A stretch of DNA of 64,000 nt from Hydrolagus affinis. Lineage: Eukaryota. The position numbers were made by a program, and so were the translations under genes. The stretch lies in NCBI GenBank assembly GCA_012026655.1, contig JAAILG010000033.1:124001-188000 (forward strand), in the 5' to 3' direction. The notes under the pieces are model-generated. The model saw nothing but the letters and a program-made list of their open reading frames with translations. It was not told where the DNA came from and did no database searches. Position 1 is the first letter of the stretch; each line of letters opens with the position of its first letter. Shown piece after piece: positions 63,652 to 64,000 of the stretch.

Positions 63652-64000
63652 ATTGGAATGCTGTCTCATTTCATCTTTTATATCCTGTCCATGGCCCTAC
63701 CCTTTTTTAAAATTGCACCTGAAGACTTTTCTGTTTCACCAAAACTGCAAATACTGGCTGCTGAAGATGGAAGTGAGCCCTGCAACAATATTGGAAACCT
63801 CCAATAATATTTAAAACTTCAATTGAATTCCAATGGACTGCCCATCAACTTTCAAACTTAGCCATTTTTTATTTTAAAAAATCATTCAAGATTCAAACTG
63901 TTGACCAACATTCGCCACAGCAACCAATTCATTGATTCTATTCAGAAAGCAACTCTCAGTCTATTCAAAGTTCTTAGACCCTGATTTAGACTTCATTGAT

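Overview
AT-rich vertebrate non-coding DNA with no recognisable intact protein-coding gene, rRNA, tRNA gene or CRISPR array; it reads as a gene desert or the interior of a very large intron. The repeat content points to a cartilaginous fish, probably a holocephalan such as elephant shark (inference from repeat types only). Repeats seen: dozens of tRNA-headed SINEs ending in (ATT)n, older Deu-domain SINEs, LF-SINE-like copies, L2 and CR1 LINE fragments and Penelope-type termini. Several repeat-free, motif-rich blocks look like conserved enhancers. One 144-nt assembly gap is present. Most notable: (1) a ~60-bp hairpin-plus-(GTT)n mini-retroposon with five copies sharing the same 5' start, four with target-site duplications; (2) a fossil two-gene PIF/Harbinger transposon (Myb/SANT gene and transposase, convergent); (3) a SINE joining a MIR-type CORE segment to a Deu/L2-type tail, in long and deleted forms; (4) hammerhead-ribozyme-like cores in Penelope termini; (5) a ~245-bp local duplication. 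Family assignments are from remembered consensus motifs, not database searches, and repeat boundaries are approximate.
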